Shown here in pieces: positions 42,635-53,381 of a DNA stretch of 64,000 bases (position 1 is the stretch's first letter; the number at the start of each line of letters is the position of its first letter). Where the stretch lies: positions 1,696,001 through 1,760,000 of the forward strand of contig CBDCXL010000002.1 in assembly GCA_965223795.1 (NCBI GenBank), written 5' to 3'. The notes beneath the pieces were generated by a model, which saw only the letters and a list, made by a program, of their open reading frames with translations, had not been told where the DNA came from and did no database searches. The stretch is from Nitrospinales bacterium. GTDB lineage: Bacteria > Nitrospinota > Nitrospinia > Nitrospinales > VA-1. A program made the translations under genes and the position numbers.

Positions 42635-44710
42635 ATGCTAAAGGAATACACAGGAGAGCTGATCTTTATCGGCATATCCGTTTTGGTTTATGTGTTGATG
42701 GCTCTCTTCGACGCATCGCACAATTTTGTCTATTTCGCCATCGTGTTCGGTTTTTTCGGACTGGTCGTGGCCTGGAAAATATTTGAAAACGTCGACGATC
42801 AGCCGGAAGGCAACGAAAAAATGATGGAGATCGCCGACTCCATCCACGAAGGCGCGATGGTGTTTCTGTCGCGGGAATACCGGATTCTCGGATACTTCAT
42901 CGGCGCGGTCTTCCTGTTATTGCTGGTTGTCATCTCCACCCAGAAAGGGCTGTGGATCGGATTCTGGACGGCGGTTTCCTACGCCATCGGCGCCGGGTGC
43001 TCCATGCTCGCCGGATTTTTCGGCATGAACGCGGCAACGACCGCCAACGTGCGCACATCGCAGGCGGCGAACGACAGCGGCCAGGCCAAGGCTTTGAACA
43101 TCGCGTTCAACGGCGGGTCGGTCATGGGGCTGTGCGTGGCCAGCCTCGGCCTTGTCGGCGTGGGCGGCCTTTTCCTGTTGTTCGCGCGCGGTGATTCCGC
43201 CAGCGTGATCAGCGGTTTTGCCATGGGGGCGAGTTCGATCGCCCTGTTCGCGCGCGTGGGCGGCGGCATCTACACCAAGACCGCGGACGTCGGATCGGAT
43301 CTGGTGGGCAAGGTCGAAGCGGGGATTCCCGAAGACGATCCGCGCAACCCTGGCGTTATCGCCGACAACGTGGGCGACTGCGTGGGCGATACGGCGGGGC
43401 TGGGAGCGGACATTTTCGAATCCTACTGCGGTTCCATGATCGCGACGATCGCCATCGGCGCGGGCATGGCAACGATGAAATTCGAGTACATGGCGCTGCC
43501 GTTGATCGTCGCGATGATCGGTTTGATCTCTTCCATCATTGGCATTCGTGCGATGAACGTGCTGGAAAACATGGACCCCGCCTCGGCGCTGCGCAACTGC
43601 ACGTTCGTCAGCGCGTTCGTCATGCTGTTCGTGTCCGTGATCGTGATCAAGTTCATGGGGCTGCCCTGGGGCGTGTTCTGGGCGCTGCTGTTCGGGTGCG
43701 TGGCCGGCATCGCCATCGGGCTCATCACCGAGTACTACACGGCGCACGGGCCGGTGGTCAAGATCGCCGAATCCAGCAAGACCGGGGTGGCGACAGTGAT
43801 GATCACGGGGCTGGCTGTGGCGATGGAAAGCACGGCGCTGCCGGTGATCATCATAGTGATCGCCATTTTCGCCGGCGCCGAATCGGCAGGCCTTTACGGC
43901 GTGGCGCTGGCGGCGGTGGGCATGCTGGCGACGGTGGGCATCACCATGTCGGTCGACGCTTATGGACCGATCGCGGACAACGCCGGCGGCATCTCCGAAA
44001 TGGCGGGTCTGGGTGAAGACACGCGCAAGATCACAGACGGCCTCGATGCGGTGGGCAACACCACGGCCGCAATCGGCAAAGGGTTCGCCATCGGTTCGGC
44101 GGCGCTGACGGCGCTCGCCCTGTTTTCCGCATACACACAGGCGGCGGGCATCGAATCGATCGACATCACCAAAACGACGGTCATCATCGGCGTGCTGATC
44201 GGCGGCGTGGTGCCCTTTTACGTGGCTTCCTTGACCATGACTTCCGTCGGCAAGGCGGCGTTCACGATGGTGGAGGAAATCCGGCGGCAGTTCCGCGAGA
44301 TACCGGGATTGATGGAAGGCACCGGCAAGCCGGACAGCGCGCGCTGCATCGATATCAGCACACGGGCGGCGCTCAGGGAGATGATCGCACCGGGAGTGAT
44401 CGCGTTTTTAATGCCGATCATCATCGGAACCATTCTGGGAGCGGAAGCGTTGGGCGGCATGCTGGTGGGAGCGACCCTGGCGGGCGTTCTGCTGGCGCTG
44501 TTGATGTCCAACGGCGGCGGCGCCTGGGACAACGCGAAAAAATACGTCGAAAGCGGAAACCTGGGAGGCAAGGGCTCCGAGGCGCACAAGGCGACGGTTG
44601 TCGGCGACACGGTGGGCGATCCGCTCAAGGACACATCGGGCCCGGCGATGAACATCCTCATCAAGTTGATGTCCATCGTTTCTCTGGTGCTGGCGCCGCT
44701 GTTCGTCTGA
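42635..44710 (+). CDS. hppA: Membrane ion-translocating pyrophosphatase (K+-dependent, probably Na+-pumping)
   Basis: [49 protein letters not shown]. Confidence 0.95.
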   Translation: MLKEYTGELIFIGISVLVYVLMALFDASHNFVYFAIVFGFFGLVVAWKIFENVDDQPEGNEKMMEIADSIHEGAMVFLSREYRILGYFIGAVFLLLLVVISTQKGLWIGFWTAVSYAIGAGCSMLAGFFGMNAATTANVRTSQAANDSGQAKALNIAFNGGSVMGLCVASLGLVGVGGLFLLFARGDSASVISGFAMGASSIALFARVGGGIYTKTADVGSDLVGKVEAGIPEDDPRNPGVIADNVGDCVGDTAGLGADIFESYCGSMIATIAIGAGMATMKFEYMALPLIVAMIGLISSIIGIRAMNVLENMDPASALRNCTFVSAFVMLFVSVIVIKFMGLPWGVFWALLFGCVAGIAIGLITEYYTAHGPVVKIAESSKTGVATVMITGLAVAMESTALPVIIIVIAIFAGAESAGLYGVALAAVGMLATVGITMSVDAYGPIADNAGGISEMAGLGEDTRKITDGLDAVGNTTAAIGKGFAIGSAALTALALFSAYTQAAGIESIDITKTTVIIGVLIGGVVPFYVASLTMTSVGKAAFTMVEEIRRQFREIPGLMEGTGKPDSARCIDISTRAALREMIAPGVIAFLMPIIIGTILGAEALGGMLVGATLAGVLLALLMSNGGGAWDNAKKYVESGNLGGKGSEAHKATVVGDTVGDPLKDTSGPAMNILIKLMSIVSLVLAPLFV

Positions 44711-44729
44711 TCCAATTTTAAACCCAATC

Positions 44730-44762
44730 AAGGGATGGGGGGGTTCCCCCCATCCCTTTTTT
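44730..44762 (+). terminator. Intrinsic terminator after hppA
   Basis: AAGGGATGGGGGG-loop-CCCCCCATCCCTT plus a T run. Confidence 0.85.
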
Positions 44763-44823
44763 ATTTTTTGTGAACGCCGGGCGGGAAAGACGGGTTCAAC
44801 CTGATTCCTAACGGCGCGCTGCT

Positions 44824-45645
44824 TTGCAGGATTCCATGATACAACGACCGATTCGCTTCGGACTGCACGACTTTCTCAACGCGCAGCCGCTGCTCGCTCC
44901 GCTTAGCGGTGAGGATCTTCCTGAAGAGTTTGTGATCGAGCTGGACACGCCTGCCGCACTGGCCGAGCGGCTGGATGCGGGGGAACTGGATCTTGCGATG
45001 ATTCCGGCGGTGGCATTTTTCACCGGCGGCCGCAATTACCGCCTGCTGGATAAAGTCTGCATCGCCTCCTGCGGGAAGGTGGACACGGTTCTCTTCGCCG
45101 TGAAAGCGCCGCTGGCTTCACTTAAAACCATTGCCGTCGATCGCCGGTCTAAAACTTCCATCGCCCTGCTCAAAATTCTCTTTGCCGACCGGTTCGCGCC
45201 CGAGGTCTCGTTTGTGCCGCATGACCCCGATCCCCTGGCCATGCTTCGATCGCATGCGGCGGGTCTGATCATCGGCGATCAGGCACTTGCGGTGCCGCGG
45301 GATCAAACCGGATTGCAGGTGTTTGATCTGAGTGAAGCGTGGTTCGAGAAAACCGGCCTGCCTTTCGTGCATGCGGTGATTGCGGTGCGCAAGGGGGTTT
45401 CGCTTTCACAAAAGCTGCAAGAGCGCATCGTGGCGGCACCGGAGCAAGGCCTCAAACGGATGCAACGCTATTTAAAGCCCTATGCCGATAAACGGGGTCT
45501 GGATGCGGCGGTCTGCGAACACTATCTGAAGAAAAGAATTCTGTATCGTCTCGATACGAAGGAGAAGGAGGGGGTGCTGCTGTTTCAAAAGCTTTGTGTG
45601 GAGCGGGGGCTGGTGCCGGAAATGACGCCGATCGAGTTTTATTGA
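44824..45645 (+). CDS. mqnA: Chorismate dehydratase (futalosine menaquinone pathway)
   Basis: FLNAQPL, S.TS..L, LIIGDQAL, DL...W...TGLPFVHAV. Confidence 0.85.
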   Translation: MQDSMIQRPIRFGLHDFLNAQPLLAPLSGEDLPEEFVIELDTPAALAERLDAGELDLAMIPAVAFFTGGRNYRLLDKVCIASCGKVDTVLFAVKAPLASLKTIAVDRRSKTSIALLKILFADRFAPEVSFVPHDPDPLAMLRSHAAGLIIGDQALAVPRDQTGLQVFDLSEAWFEKTGLPFVHAVIAVRKGVSLSQKLQERIVAAPEQGLKRMQRYLKPYADKRGLDAAVCEHYLKKRILYRLDTKEKEGVLLFQKLCVERGLVPEMTPIEFY

Positions 45646-45665
45646 ATGTAGGCTCAAACAACCGC

Positions 45666-45690
45666 CCGCCCGCGGTTTCCCGCGGACGGG
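45666..45690. terminator. GC hairpin between convergent genes
   Basis: CCCGCCCGCGG-loop-CCGCGGACGGG; no clear U-tract. Confidence 0.4.
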
Positions 45691-45697
45691 CCGGATG

Positions 45698-47692
45698 TCA
45701 TCCTTTTTTGCCGGATAAGTTGAACGCGGATTTGAAAAAATCGGCCACTTTCTGGGCGGAGTTTTCGATGAAGTCGAGGTAGCCGCGCACGTTTTCCGGA
45801 CGATCCTCCTTAGATGCATCGGCCGGGGTTTCCGCCGCCGCTTCGGCGCTCATGCTGGCGGAATGGGCTTCCGTCCCGTCCATGGCTTCCACCACTTCCT
45901 GTGTCTCTTCAGCCGGCTCGGCGGATTCGGACTCTTCAGCTTCTTCGGCTTCGGTCTGCTCGGTAGCGTCCGCGGTTTCTTCTGCTGCCTCGGCGGGAGC
46001 CGCTTCCGCTGCGACCTCTTCCGCGCTGTCCTCACTTTCCCCGGCGGCATCGGCTTCCTCGGTTGCCTCAGCAGATTCTTCCGCTTCCGTGGGCTCCGGT
46101 GCTTCAGCCGTTTCGGTTTCAGCGGTCTCGGCTGTTTCGGCTTCTGCAGACTCGGTTTCCTCAGCGGCTTCTTCAGCTTCCGGAGCTTCGGCGGTTTCCG
46201 CTGTCTCGGCATCCGCGGTGTCGGTTGCCTGTTCGGATTCAGCGGTTTCGCTTTCTTCAGATGCCGGCGTTTCCTCCGGGGCTACCGCCACGTCTTCGTC
46301 GGGAATGTCGGTGCTTGCGGCGGTTTCTGGAGCTTCTTCGGTTTCCTCAGAGGATTCTTCCGCTTCCGTGGACTCTGTAGCTTCAGCCGTTTCGGTTTCA
46401 GCGGTCTCGGCTGTTTCGGCTTCTGCAGACTCGGTTTCCTCAGCGGCTTCTTCAGCCTCCGGAGCTTCGGTGGCTTCCGCAGCTACGGTTTCCTCAGCGG
46501 CTTCTTCCGCTTCGGCCGCTTCGGCTTCCTCAGTGGCGGCTTCCACATCGGCGGTCGCTTCTTCCACAGGTGTTGCCTCCGGGGCTAACGCGATTTCTTC
46601 ATCGGGGATGTCGGTGCTGACTTCTGCTTCCTCAGTCGCTGCTTCCGCGGCTTCACTTTCGGTCGCTTCTTCCTGCACGGGCGCTTCCGCCATTTCCGCG
46701 CCTTCTTCTACAGCGGCAGCCGGGGCGTCGGCTGTGGTCGCTGCGCTTTCTTCTTCACCGTCGTCTTGGGCGGCATCGGCGGTTTCTTCTGCTTCGGTTT
46801 CATCGCCGGAAGCCTCGGCGCTGCTCTCCTCGGTGGATTCAGACGCTTCACCGGAACTGTCGGTGGAATCAGCTGCGGCGGTGTCCCCGGCGGCAGAATC
46901 CTCAGCGCTGTCTGCTTCTTCCGCCTCAGCGGTTTCTTCTGCCGCTTCCTCGACGTCGGCCGCATCTGCTGTTTCCGCCGCCTCGCTGTCGGATGTTGCA
47001 GGAGCTTCCGCACTTTCTTCGGCTTCGGTTGCTTCAGCCGTTTCTCCGGCTTCCTGTGCGCCCGATCCCTGCGGGTTCATTGCAATCTCTTCGTCGGGGA
47101 TGTCTTCGGCAACGATTTCAACGTTGGTGGCCTCGGCGGCTGCCGTTTCATTTTCCTGTGCCGCCTGTGCGGTGTCGCCGACGCTTTCCTCCTTGATGTC
47201 GACCACTTCCACTTCGTGTTCGCTGCTGGCGGACTTGACCGTCATGCTGACGGAGGGCCCTCCGGATGCGGCGGCCGTTGTTGAAGCCGGCTGCGGATCC
47301 ATGCGTGCGGCCACTTCCTGTTTCAGCGTGTTCAGTTCTTTCTTTAGGGCCGATAGCGATTCGGGAGTCTGGAACGGGGCGCTGGCTTCGGACTCCAGGC
47401 CTTTAAGCCGAGTCTGCATGGTTCCCAGCAGCGACTGAATTTCATCTATGGATTCCTGCTTGCTTTGCGACTGCTGGTACAGGGCGATCGACAGACCAAC
47501 GGCCAATATCACAAGAGCCGCCAGGGCGATCGGAGTGTAGGATTTGCTGCCCTGCTGCGAGGAAGCGTTTTTTGCTTCCTCGCCGGGATTTTCAGTTGAA
47601 GACTGGCTGGGTTCGGTGTCGTTGTTTGAGGATTTTTCGGTGTTTTGTTCTTCGGGGCCGGATTTCTTTTTGTTGTCTTTCTTCTTTTTCAT
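45698..47692 (-). CDS. Single-pass membrane protein with coiled coil and very long Glu/Ala-rich acidic repeat region
   Basis: 664 aa ORF; basic N-terminus; one TM (IALAALVILAVGLSIALY); EAAEE-rich repeats; short amphipathic C-terminus. Confidence 0.75.
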   Translation of the reverse strand: MKKKKDNKKKSGPEEQNTEKSSNNDTEPSQSSTENPGEEAKNASSQQGSKSYTPIALAALVILAVGLSIALYQQSQSKQESIDEIQSLLGTMQTRLKGLESEASAPFQTPESLSALKKELNTLKQEVAARMDPQPASTTAAASGGPSVSMTVKSASSEHEVEVVDIKEESVGDTAQAAQENETAAAEATNVEIVAEDIPDEEIAMNPQGSGAQEAGETAEATEAEESAEAPATSDSEAAETADAADVEEAAEETAEAEEADSAEDSAAGDTAAADSTDSSGEASESTEESSAEASGDETEAEETADAAQDDGEEESAATTADAPAAAVEEGAEMAEAPVQEEATESEAAEAATEEAEVSTDIPDEEIALAPEATPVEEATADVEAATEEAEAAEAEEAAEETVAAEATEAPEAEEAAEETESAEAETAETAETETAEATESTEAEESSEETEEAPETAASTDIPDEDVAVAPEETPASEESETAESEQATDTADAETAETAEAPEAEEAAEETESAEAETAETAETETAEAPEPTEAEESAEATEEADAAGESEDSAEEVAAEAAPAEAAEETADATEQTEAEEAEESESAEPAEETQEVVEAMDGTEAHSASMSAEAAAETPADASKEDRPENVRGYLDFIENSAQKVADFFKSAFNLSGKKG
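46101..46470. repeat. Two near-identical ~91-bp direct repeats (46101-46191 and 46380-46470) within the acidic gene
   Basis: GCTTCAGCCGTTTCGGTTTCAGCGGTCTCGG...CGGAGCTTCGG occurs twice, 279 bp apart. Confidence 0.85.
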
Positions 47693-47765
47693 GGCGAAGG
47701 TTGCCCATCTCAGGCGGCATTAAAGGGTCCACGTGCTTACGATGGAGAGGCGTGTCCGCTTCCCA

Positions 47766-48644
47766 TCAATGAATGATTTTGTTGAGCGGGTATTCCACAA
47801 TGTCTTCGGCGCCGGCCTGCTTGAGGTCGGGTGCGATGGTGCGCACCATTTTTTCGTCCAGGATCACGCTGATATCGACCCAGTTCTCATCGCTGAGTTG
47901 AGCGATGGTCGGTTTTTTTTCCGGAGGCAGGATTTTCAGGATCGCGTCCAGTCTGGATCTGGGGACGTTCATCATCAGGCCCACTTTTCCATTGGCGGCC
48001 ATGGCGCTTTTGAGCATCAGGACGAGGCGTTCGGCTTTGTCCTTTTTCCAGGTATCCTTATAGGAGTCCCGGTTCATGATGAATTTGGTGTTGGATTGCA
48101 TGAGCGTGTCGACAATCCGCAGATTGTTGGCGCGCAGGGAGCTGCCGGTTTCGGTGATTTCCACGATGGCGTCCACCAGCTTGGGAGGTTTCACTTCGGT
48201 GGCGCCCCAGGAAAACTCGACGTTTGCGGTGACGCCGTGCTTTTTGAGGTAATCGACGGTCATGTTCACGGCTTCGGTTGCGATGCGCTTGCCCTGCAGG
48301 TCCTTGACCGTCTTGATGGACGAGTCGTTGGGAACGGCGAGCACCCAACGGACCGGCCTTGAAGACTGCTTGGAGTAGACCAGATCTGCGACCTCCACGA
48401 CATCGGCGCGGTTTTCCATGACCCAGTCCTTACCGGTGAGGCCGACATCGAGAACGCCGTCGGCGACGTAGCGCGCGATCTCCTGGGCGCGGATCAGCAT
48501 GCATTCGATTTCATCGTCGTCGATGCTGGGAAAATAGGACCGGCTCTTGATTTTGACTTCGTAGCCCGCTTTGGCGAACAGCTTGACGGTCGCCTCTTCC
48601 AGACTGCCTTTGGGGATGCCTAATTTTAAAACATTGCCGCTCAT
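47766..48644 (-). CDS. hisG: ATP phosphoribosyltransferase (long form)
   Basis: [28 protein letters not shown]-terminal regulatory domain. Confidence 0.96.
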   Translation of the reverse strand: MSGNVLKLGIPKGSLEEATVKLFAKAGYEVKIKSRSYFPSIDDDEIECMLIRAQEIARYVADGVLDVGLTGKDWVMENRADVVEVADLVYSKQSSRPVRWVLAVPNDSSIKTVKDLQGKRIATEAVNMTVDYLKKHGVTANVEFSWGATEVKPPKLVDAIVEITETGSSLRANNLRIVDTLMQSNTKFIMNRDSYKDTWKKDKAERLVLMLKSAMAANGKVGLMMNVPRSRLDAILKILPPEKKPTIAQLSDENWVDISVILDEKMVRTIAPDLKQAGAEDIVEYPLNKIIH

Positions 48645-48681
48645 TTGGGTATTGTTCTTTCAGCGTTACAAGATGGGGTTG

Positions 48682-49056
48682 TCAGGATTTTTTGTAGACT
48701 TTACTCGGGTCGAAGACTTTTTCTTCAACCACTTCAAGCTCGCCGTTGAGCCTGCGGAAAAAACAACTGGTGTATCCTTTGTGGCAGGCGGCTTTGCCCA
48801 CCTGCTCGACCTTCAGCAATACCGTGTCGTCGTCACAATCGACATAGACTTCCTTGACGACCTGCACATTGCCGCTTTCTTCTCCCTTCATCCATTGCTT
48901 GTCGCGGGAGCGGCTGTAAAACCAGGCTTTGCCTGTTTCCAGGGTTTTTTCCCAGGCGATGGGATTCATATAGGCGAGCATCAGCACCTGCCCCGATTCC
49001 GCGTCCTGAATGATGGCGGGAACCAGGCCACCCATCTTCTCAAAATCCAGTTTCAT
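48682..49056 (-). CDS. hisI: Phosphoribosyl-AMP cyclohydrolase
   Basis: SRSR...W.KGEESG; DCDDD; ACHKG..SCF. Confidence 0.96.
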   Translation of the reverse strand: MKLDFEKMGGLVPAIIQDAESGQVLMLAYMNPIAWEKTLETGKAWFYSRSRDKQWMKGEESGNVQVVKEVYVDCDDDTVLLKVEQVGKAACHKGYTSCFFRRLNGELEVVEEKVFDPSKVYKKS

Positions 49057-49243
49057 TTGTTCCTCCGGTGAAACTCGGAAATCTAAAATATTATTGATTT
49101 TCTGTCAACCTTATAATAGCCTGTTGAAAATCATTTATAAAGTTAGACTTGGATAAATTTTTTCGCCGTTTCTATTCCGTAGCTTGCGATCAACCCATTA
49201 AAAAACAACGTGTTTTGACCGGCTCGTTTGCGAGGGGGACGTC

Positions 49244-49864
49244 ATGCCTTCCATCACTCATTTTGAGATTTACAAACCCGCCGAACCGTGTGCTTTGACG
49301 GGTGAAAAACTGCGGGAAACCATGGAAAAAACGCTCAATGAGTGTCTGTCTTCCGATGGCAAGGAATTCAATCTCAAGGGATACTGCGTCGGTTCCAACG
49401 GGATGAGCCTGTTTTCCATCGATGAGCGCCTGAGCAAGGTAAAACGTCTGAACCTGGGAGGCAACCGGATCGGCGACAAAGGCGTGCGGATGCTTGCGGA
49501 ATCGGAGATTTTTTCCAAAGTGAACTGGCTGGAGCTGGGAGGAAACGATGTCGGGCCCGAGGGGGTCGGTCACCTGGTGGCGTCGAAGGTGCTGAAAAAA
49601 GTCAAAACCCTCAATCTGTACCGCAACTACATCAAGGACGAAGGCGCAAAGCTTTTAGCCGAACGCAATGAACTTGAGAAAATTGAAGATCTCGATCTGG
49701 CGCAGAATGAAATCGGCGATGCGGGGATTCTGGCGCTGTCCGTATCGAATCGGTTTCCCAATCTGGTCGCGGCTTATCTGGACAACAATTTTGCGTCCAT
49801 GCTCGCCAAGGAAAGAGCCAAGCAAGGACCGAATTTCAAAAAACTGCAATCCCTCAACCTGTGA
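49244..49864 (+). CDS. Leucine-rich repeat protein (RI/GALA-like)
   Basis: Repeats LNLGGNRIGDKGVRML, LELGGNDVGPEGVGHL, LNLYRNYIKDEGAKLL, LDLAQNEIGDAGILAL. Confidence 0.85.
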   Translation: MPSITHFEIYKPAEPCALTGEKLRETMEKTLNECLSSDGKEFNLKGYCVGSNGMSLFSIDERLSKVKRLNLGGNRIGDKGVRMLAESEIFSKVNWLELGGNDVGPEGVGHLVASKVLKKVKTLNLYRNYIKDEGAKLLAERNELEKIEDLDLAQNEIGDAGILALSVSNRFPNLVAAYLDNNFASMLAKERAKQGPNFKKLQSLNL

Positions 49865-49937
49865 CCCAGGCTGTTTGGACCGAACGGCATGTTGTTCCGC
49901 AGGTGGCGGTGTTTCGTTTACAATTTAATGAGGCGTA

Positions 49938-50507
49938 ATGAATCAACCTTACGGTAAGGGTTCTTTTCTGATTGCCAATCCGGTATTGCCGGATCCCAAT
50001 TTTTCAAGGACGGTCGTCCTGCTGTGCAACCACGATGAGCACGGCTCGTTCGGTCTCGTCATCAATAAAGTAGCGCCTCTGGATCCTGCCGAGGTGTTTG
50101 AAAAGATCAACATCGACCGGCTGCAGTCCTTCAAGGGCAAGGTGTACATCGGCGGTCCCGTTTCCCAGTCGCAGATGTTTTACGTCTGCCGGTCCCAGGA
50201 AGCCATACCGGAGCTGGACCAGATCTGCGAAGGCGTGCACCTGGGGCTGGACTGGAATTATCTTGAAAAGGTGGTGGAGCGGATTCCCGATCCGGAGACC
50301 AACCTGCGTTTTTACCTGGGATATTCCGGCTGGGCGGCGGGTCAGCTCGCGGGAGAGATGGATCAAAGGAGCTGGCTCACCTGCGATGCCAAGGAGCAGT
50401 TCGTTTTCGAGCCCAGCGAAGATCAAATCTGGCCCGCTGTGGTCCGGTCGATGGGAAAAGAATACGAGTATCTGATCAAGGCCCCGGTCAATCCTTCCCT
50501 GAACTGA
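49938..50507 (+). CDS. YqgE/AlgH family protein
   Basis: DPNFSRTVV, GSFGLVIN, GGPV, GYSGW..GQL..E. Confidence 0.92.
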   Translation: MNQPYGKGSFLIANPVLPDPNFSRTVVLLCNHDEHGSFGLVINKVAPLDPAEVFEKINIDRLQSFKGKVYIGGPVSQSQMFYVCRSQEAIPELDQICEGVHLGLDWNYLEKVVERIPDPETNLRFYLGYSGWAAGQLAGEMDQRSWLTCDAKEQFVFEPSEDQIWPAVVRSMGKEYEYLIKAPVNPSLN

Positions 50508-50577
50508 GGGGAGACCCCCCGGCAGCGCACAGTGGGGCTGAAACGAAAACCGCTCGATCCGGCCGAATGTTTTCCCG

Positions 50578-51480
50578 ATGAAAACCTTGCACACCCCGCC
50601 TCCTTCCGAGCAGCTCTACGAATCCCATGTGCCGGAACGCTTCGCCGGACTTTCCATCGAGCGCTATTTTGCGTCGCGTTTCGGGTATCAGACGGAAACG
50701 CAATGGAAGCGCACGATCGACGAAGGACGCATCACCGTCAACGGCCAGCGCGCGGCGGTGGGAACGCGGGTGCGCTCTCAGGATAAAATTGTGACGCGCA
50801 TGGGAGTGCGCTCAGAGCCTCCCGCCAACCGTTCCCTGGATGTGATCTTCGAGGACCGGCATCTCCGCGCTTTCAACAAGGCCGCTCCCATTCCGGTGCA
50901 TCCGAGCGGCCGGTTTTTCAGGAACAGCATGACCGAGCTTTTGAAGTCGGCGTATCCCGGCGAAGTTCCCCGCCCGGTGCAACGGCTGGACGCGGCGACC
51001 ACGGGCGTGCTGGTGTTTGCCCGTTCGAAAACGGCGGCGGCGCATCTGATGCGTGCTTTTCAGGAGCAGACGATTCACAAGGAATACCTGGCTCTGGTCG
51101 AGGGGATTCCTGAACAAAGAAAGTTCACCGTGCGTGCGGCGATCGCAAAACCCAACGGGTCCAAGCGGGCGATCGGCGATGCACTGCCCAACGCCAAGCC
51201 CGCGGAAACGGATTTTGAACGCTTGACCGCTTTGAATGACCGGTCCCTGCTCAGAGTGGTCCCGCGCTCCGGGCGCACCAATCAGATCCGGGTGCATCTG
51301 AGCCACCTGGGCTTTCCGGTCGTCAACGATCCGGTTTACGGCAGCGCGCGGAATCGAGGCGAAGCGATGGGGCTGCACGCATTGAAACTCCGTTTCGATC
51401 TTTTTGAAACGCGGATGCAATTCACCGCCGCGCCGCCCGCGCATTTTGCGCCTTATCTTGAAACCGCCGGGATCGCATGA
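50578..51480 (+). CDS. RluA-family pseudouridine synthase (with S4-like domain)
   Basis: VHPSG; RLDAATTG catalytic Asp; GRTNQIRVHL. Confidence 0.9.
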   Translation: MKTLHTPPPSEQLYESHVPERFAGLSIERYFASRFGYQTETQWKRTIDEGRITVNGQRAAVGTRVRSQDKIVTRMGVRSEPPANRSLDVIFEDRHLRAFNKAAPIPVHPSGRFFRNSMTELLKSAYPGEVPRPVQRLDAATTGVLVFARSKTAAAHLMRAFQEQTIHKEYLALVEGIPEQRKFTVRAAIAKPNGSKRAIGDALPNAKPAETDFERLTALNDRSLLRVVPRSGRTNQIRVHLSHLGFPVVNDPVYGSARNRGEAMGLHALKLRFDLFETRMQFTAAPPAHFAPYLETAGIA

Positions 51481-52517
51481 AAACCGGGACTGTCAACGCA
51501 AGAGCGGGATCCCAAAACGCGGGCCTGTTCGCCAGAGCGCGCAACCGGTTCTGGCTTGCGCCCATGGCGGGTATCACCGACGTGGTGTTCCGCGCACTGA
51601 TGGATGAAATGGGTGCGGGGGTGCTCGTCTCGGAGCTGGTTTCTTCGAAAGGGCTGATGTACCATTCGGCAAAAACGCGCAAGATGATGCGCATCCATCC
51701 GGGCCGCAAGACGATCGTCGGCATCCAGCTGTTCGGAGAATCCGCCGAGGAGATCATCGAAGCAGCCTGGAAGGTGCAGGAGGAGGGCGCGGATTTCATC
51801 GACATCAACCTCGGCTGTCCGGTGAAAAAGGTGGTGAAGAAGGGCTGCGGCGCCGCGTTGATGCGCGATCCCGCATACCTGGAGTCGTTTCTGACTCAAA
51901 TCAAGCGCGGTATCCCGCTGCCCCTCACGGTCAAGATGCGCACCGGCTGGAACGAGGAAGAGCTGACCATCCACGAATGTGTGCGCGCCGCCGCCAACGC
52001 CGGCTGCGAGTGGGTGGCGATCCACGGCCGCACCCGTGCCCAGGGCTATGAGGGACGGGCGGACTGGGATCTGATCGCCGAGGTGAAACAGAACGCGGCG
52101 CTTCCCATCATCGGCAACGGCGACATCCGCGACGCGGAACGCGCGCAACACTGCCTGGAGCACTACGGGGTCGACGCGGTGATGATCGGCCGCGGCGCGC
52201 TGCGCAATCCCTGGATTTTCCGCGAATGCGTGGGACGCGACGATAGGGAAACCCTGCCCCCGCTCGATCTGTTGTCGCGCTACCTGACGGGCTTGAGAAC
52301 CTATTACGACACGCGCATCACGCTCATCCTGCTGCGTAAATTCGCCACCTGGCTGGCGCACGGCTACCCCGGCGCCGCCGAGTTCAGGCGGGAAGTGTTT
52401 CAGGTTTCCGCGTCCGACGACGTCCTGGCGTACGCGGGCGCGTTCTTTGAAGCCCGGGCGAATTTGGGTCCCCGGTTCGAAGAATCCGAAGCGTTCCTCA
52501 TGGGCGGACATGGTTGA
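51477..52517 (+). CDS. dusB: tRNA-dihydrouridine synthase (DusB-like)
   Basis: LAPMAG, IDINLGCP, HGRT, GNGDI, MIGRG. Confidence 0.88.
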   Translation: MKTGTVNARAGSQNAGLFARARNRFWLAPMAGITDVVFRALMDEMGAGVLVSELVSSKGLMYHSAKTRKMMRIHPGRKTIVGIQLFGESAEEIIEAAWKVQEEGADFIDINLGCPVKKVVKKGCGAALMRDPAYLESFLTQIKRGIPLPLTVKMRTGWNEEELTIHECVRAAANAGCEWVAIHGRTRAQGYEGRADWDLIAEVKQNAALPIIGNGDIRDAERAQHCLEHYGVDAVMIGRGALRNPWIFRECVGRDDRETLPPLDLLSRYLTGLRTYYDTRITLILLRKFATWLAHGYPGAAEFRREVFQVSASDDVLAYAGAFFEARANLGPRFEESEAFLMGGHG

Positions 52518-52535
52518 CAACGTACCTCTTAGCCT

Positions 52536-53375
52536 GTGTCGGGAGGGAACCGGGATGCGCGACGGCTTGCCTTGAAAGCAAAGAAACCCACAGCGAAAAA
52601 AGAATCCGCGAAAACCAAGACGGAATCCTCGCGTCCGCGTGAATCCACCGTGTACGGATGGAATGCCTGCATGCGTGTGTTCGAGGCCAGGCCGCAGGAC
52701 ATCCGGCGGGTTTTTTTCAGCAAGGCCCGCTCCGCCGGGTTGAATGCGGTGAAGCGATGGTGCGCCGATCGCAAGCTGCCCTATCGGCAACTGGATGCGG
52801 AGGGCATGGGCAAAGTCGCGGCCAGCGTGCATCACGAAGGCGTGGTGATGGTGGTGCGCCCGCGCGAAAATCCGCGTGCGCATGTTTTGACGCGCGCGCC
52901 GCTGCCCAAGGATGCGGTTTTCGTCGCGCTCGACCAGGTGGAGGACGTGCACAACCGTGGAGCGATTTTGCGTTCCTGCGCCTATTTCGGTGTGTCGGGG
53001 ATGATCGCTGCCGCCGCGAAGGAAGAGACGGGGTTTTCACCATCGGCGGCGCGCATGGCGGAAGGGGCGCTGGAGGTGGTGCCGTTTTACGGCTGCTCGG
53101 ACCTCGCTTCGGTGCTCCGGGAACTCAGCAAGCAGGGGGCGTGTGTCGTGGGAGCCGATCTCGATGCGCGGCAGTCGCTCTATGATGCGAAACTCGCGTT
53201 TCCCTGTGTGCTCGTCCTGGGCAATGAACGGGAGGGATTGTCCGATAAGGTGAAAAAGCGCTGTGACACGCTGATCAAAATTCCGGGAACGGAGGCCATG
53301 CAGTCGTTGAATGTGTCGGTGGCCGCGGGGGTGATGCTTGCGGAACTGTATCGCAGAAAAATTAAGCCGGATTGA
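52536..53375 (+). CDS. TrmH/SpoU family RNA 2'-O-methyltransferase
   Basis: D.HN.GAILRS; LGNE.EG; SLNVSVA. Confidence 0.9.
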   Translation: MSGGNRDARRLALKAKKPTAKKESAKTKTESSRPRESTVYGWNACMRVFEARPQDIRRVFFSKARSAGLNAVKRWCADRKLPYRQLDAEGMGKVAASVHHEGVVMVVRPRENPRAHVLTRAPLPKDAVFVALDQVEDVHNRGAILRSCAYFGVSGMIAAAAKEETGFSPSAARMAEGALEVVPFYGCSDLASVLRELSKQGACVVGADLDARQSLYDAKLAFPCVLVLGNEREGLSDKVKKRCDTLIKIPGTEAMQSLNVSVAAGVMLAELYRRKIKPD

Positions 53376-53381
53376 GGAATC

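Noticed and set aside
45850..47100. Repeats suggestive of a CRISPR array or VNTR
   Set aside because: In-frame coding repeats of a Glu/Ala-rich protein; no constant repeat-spacer period and no cas genes.
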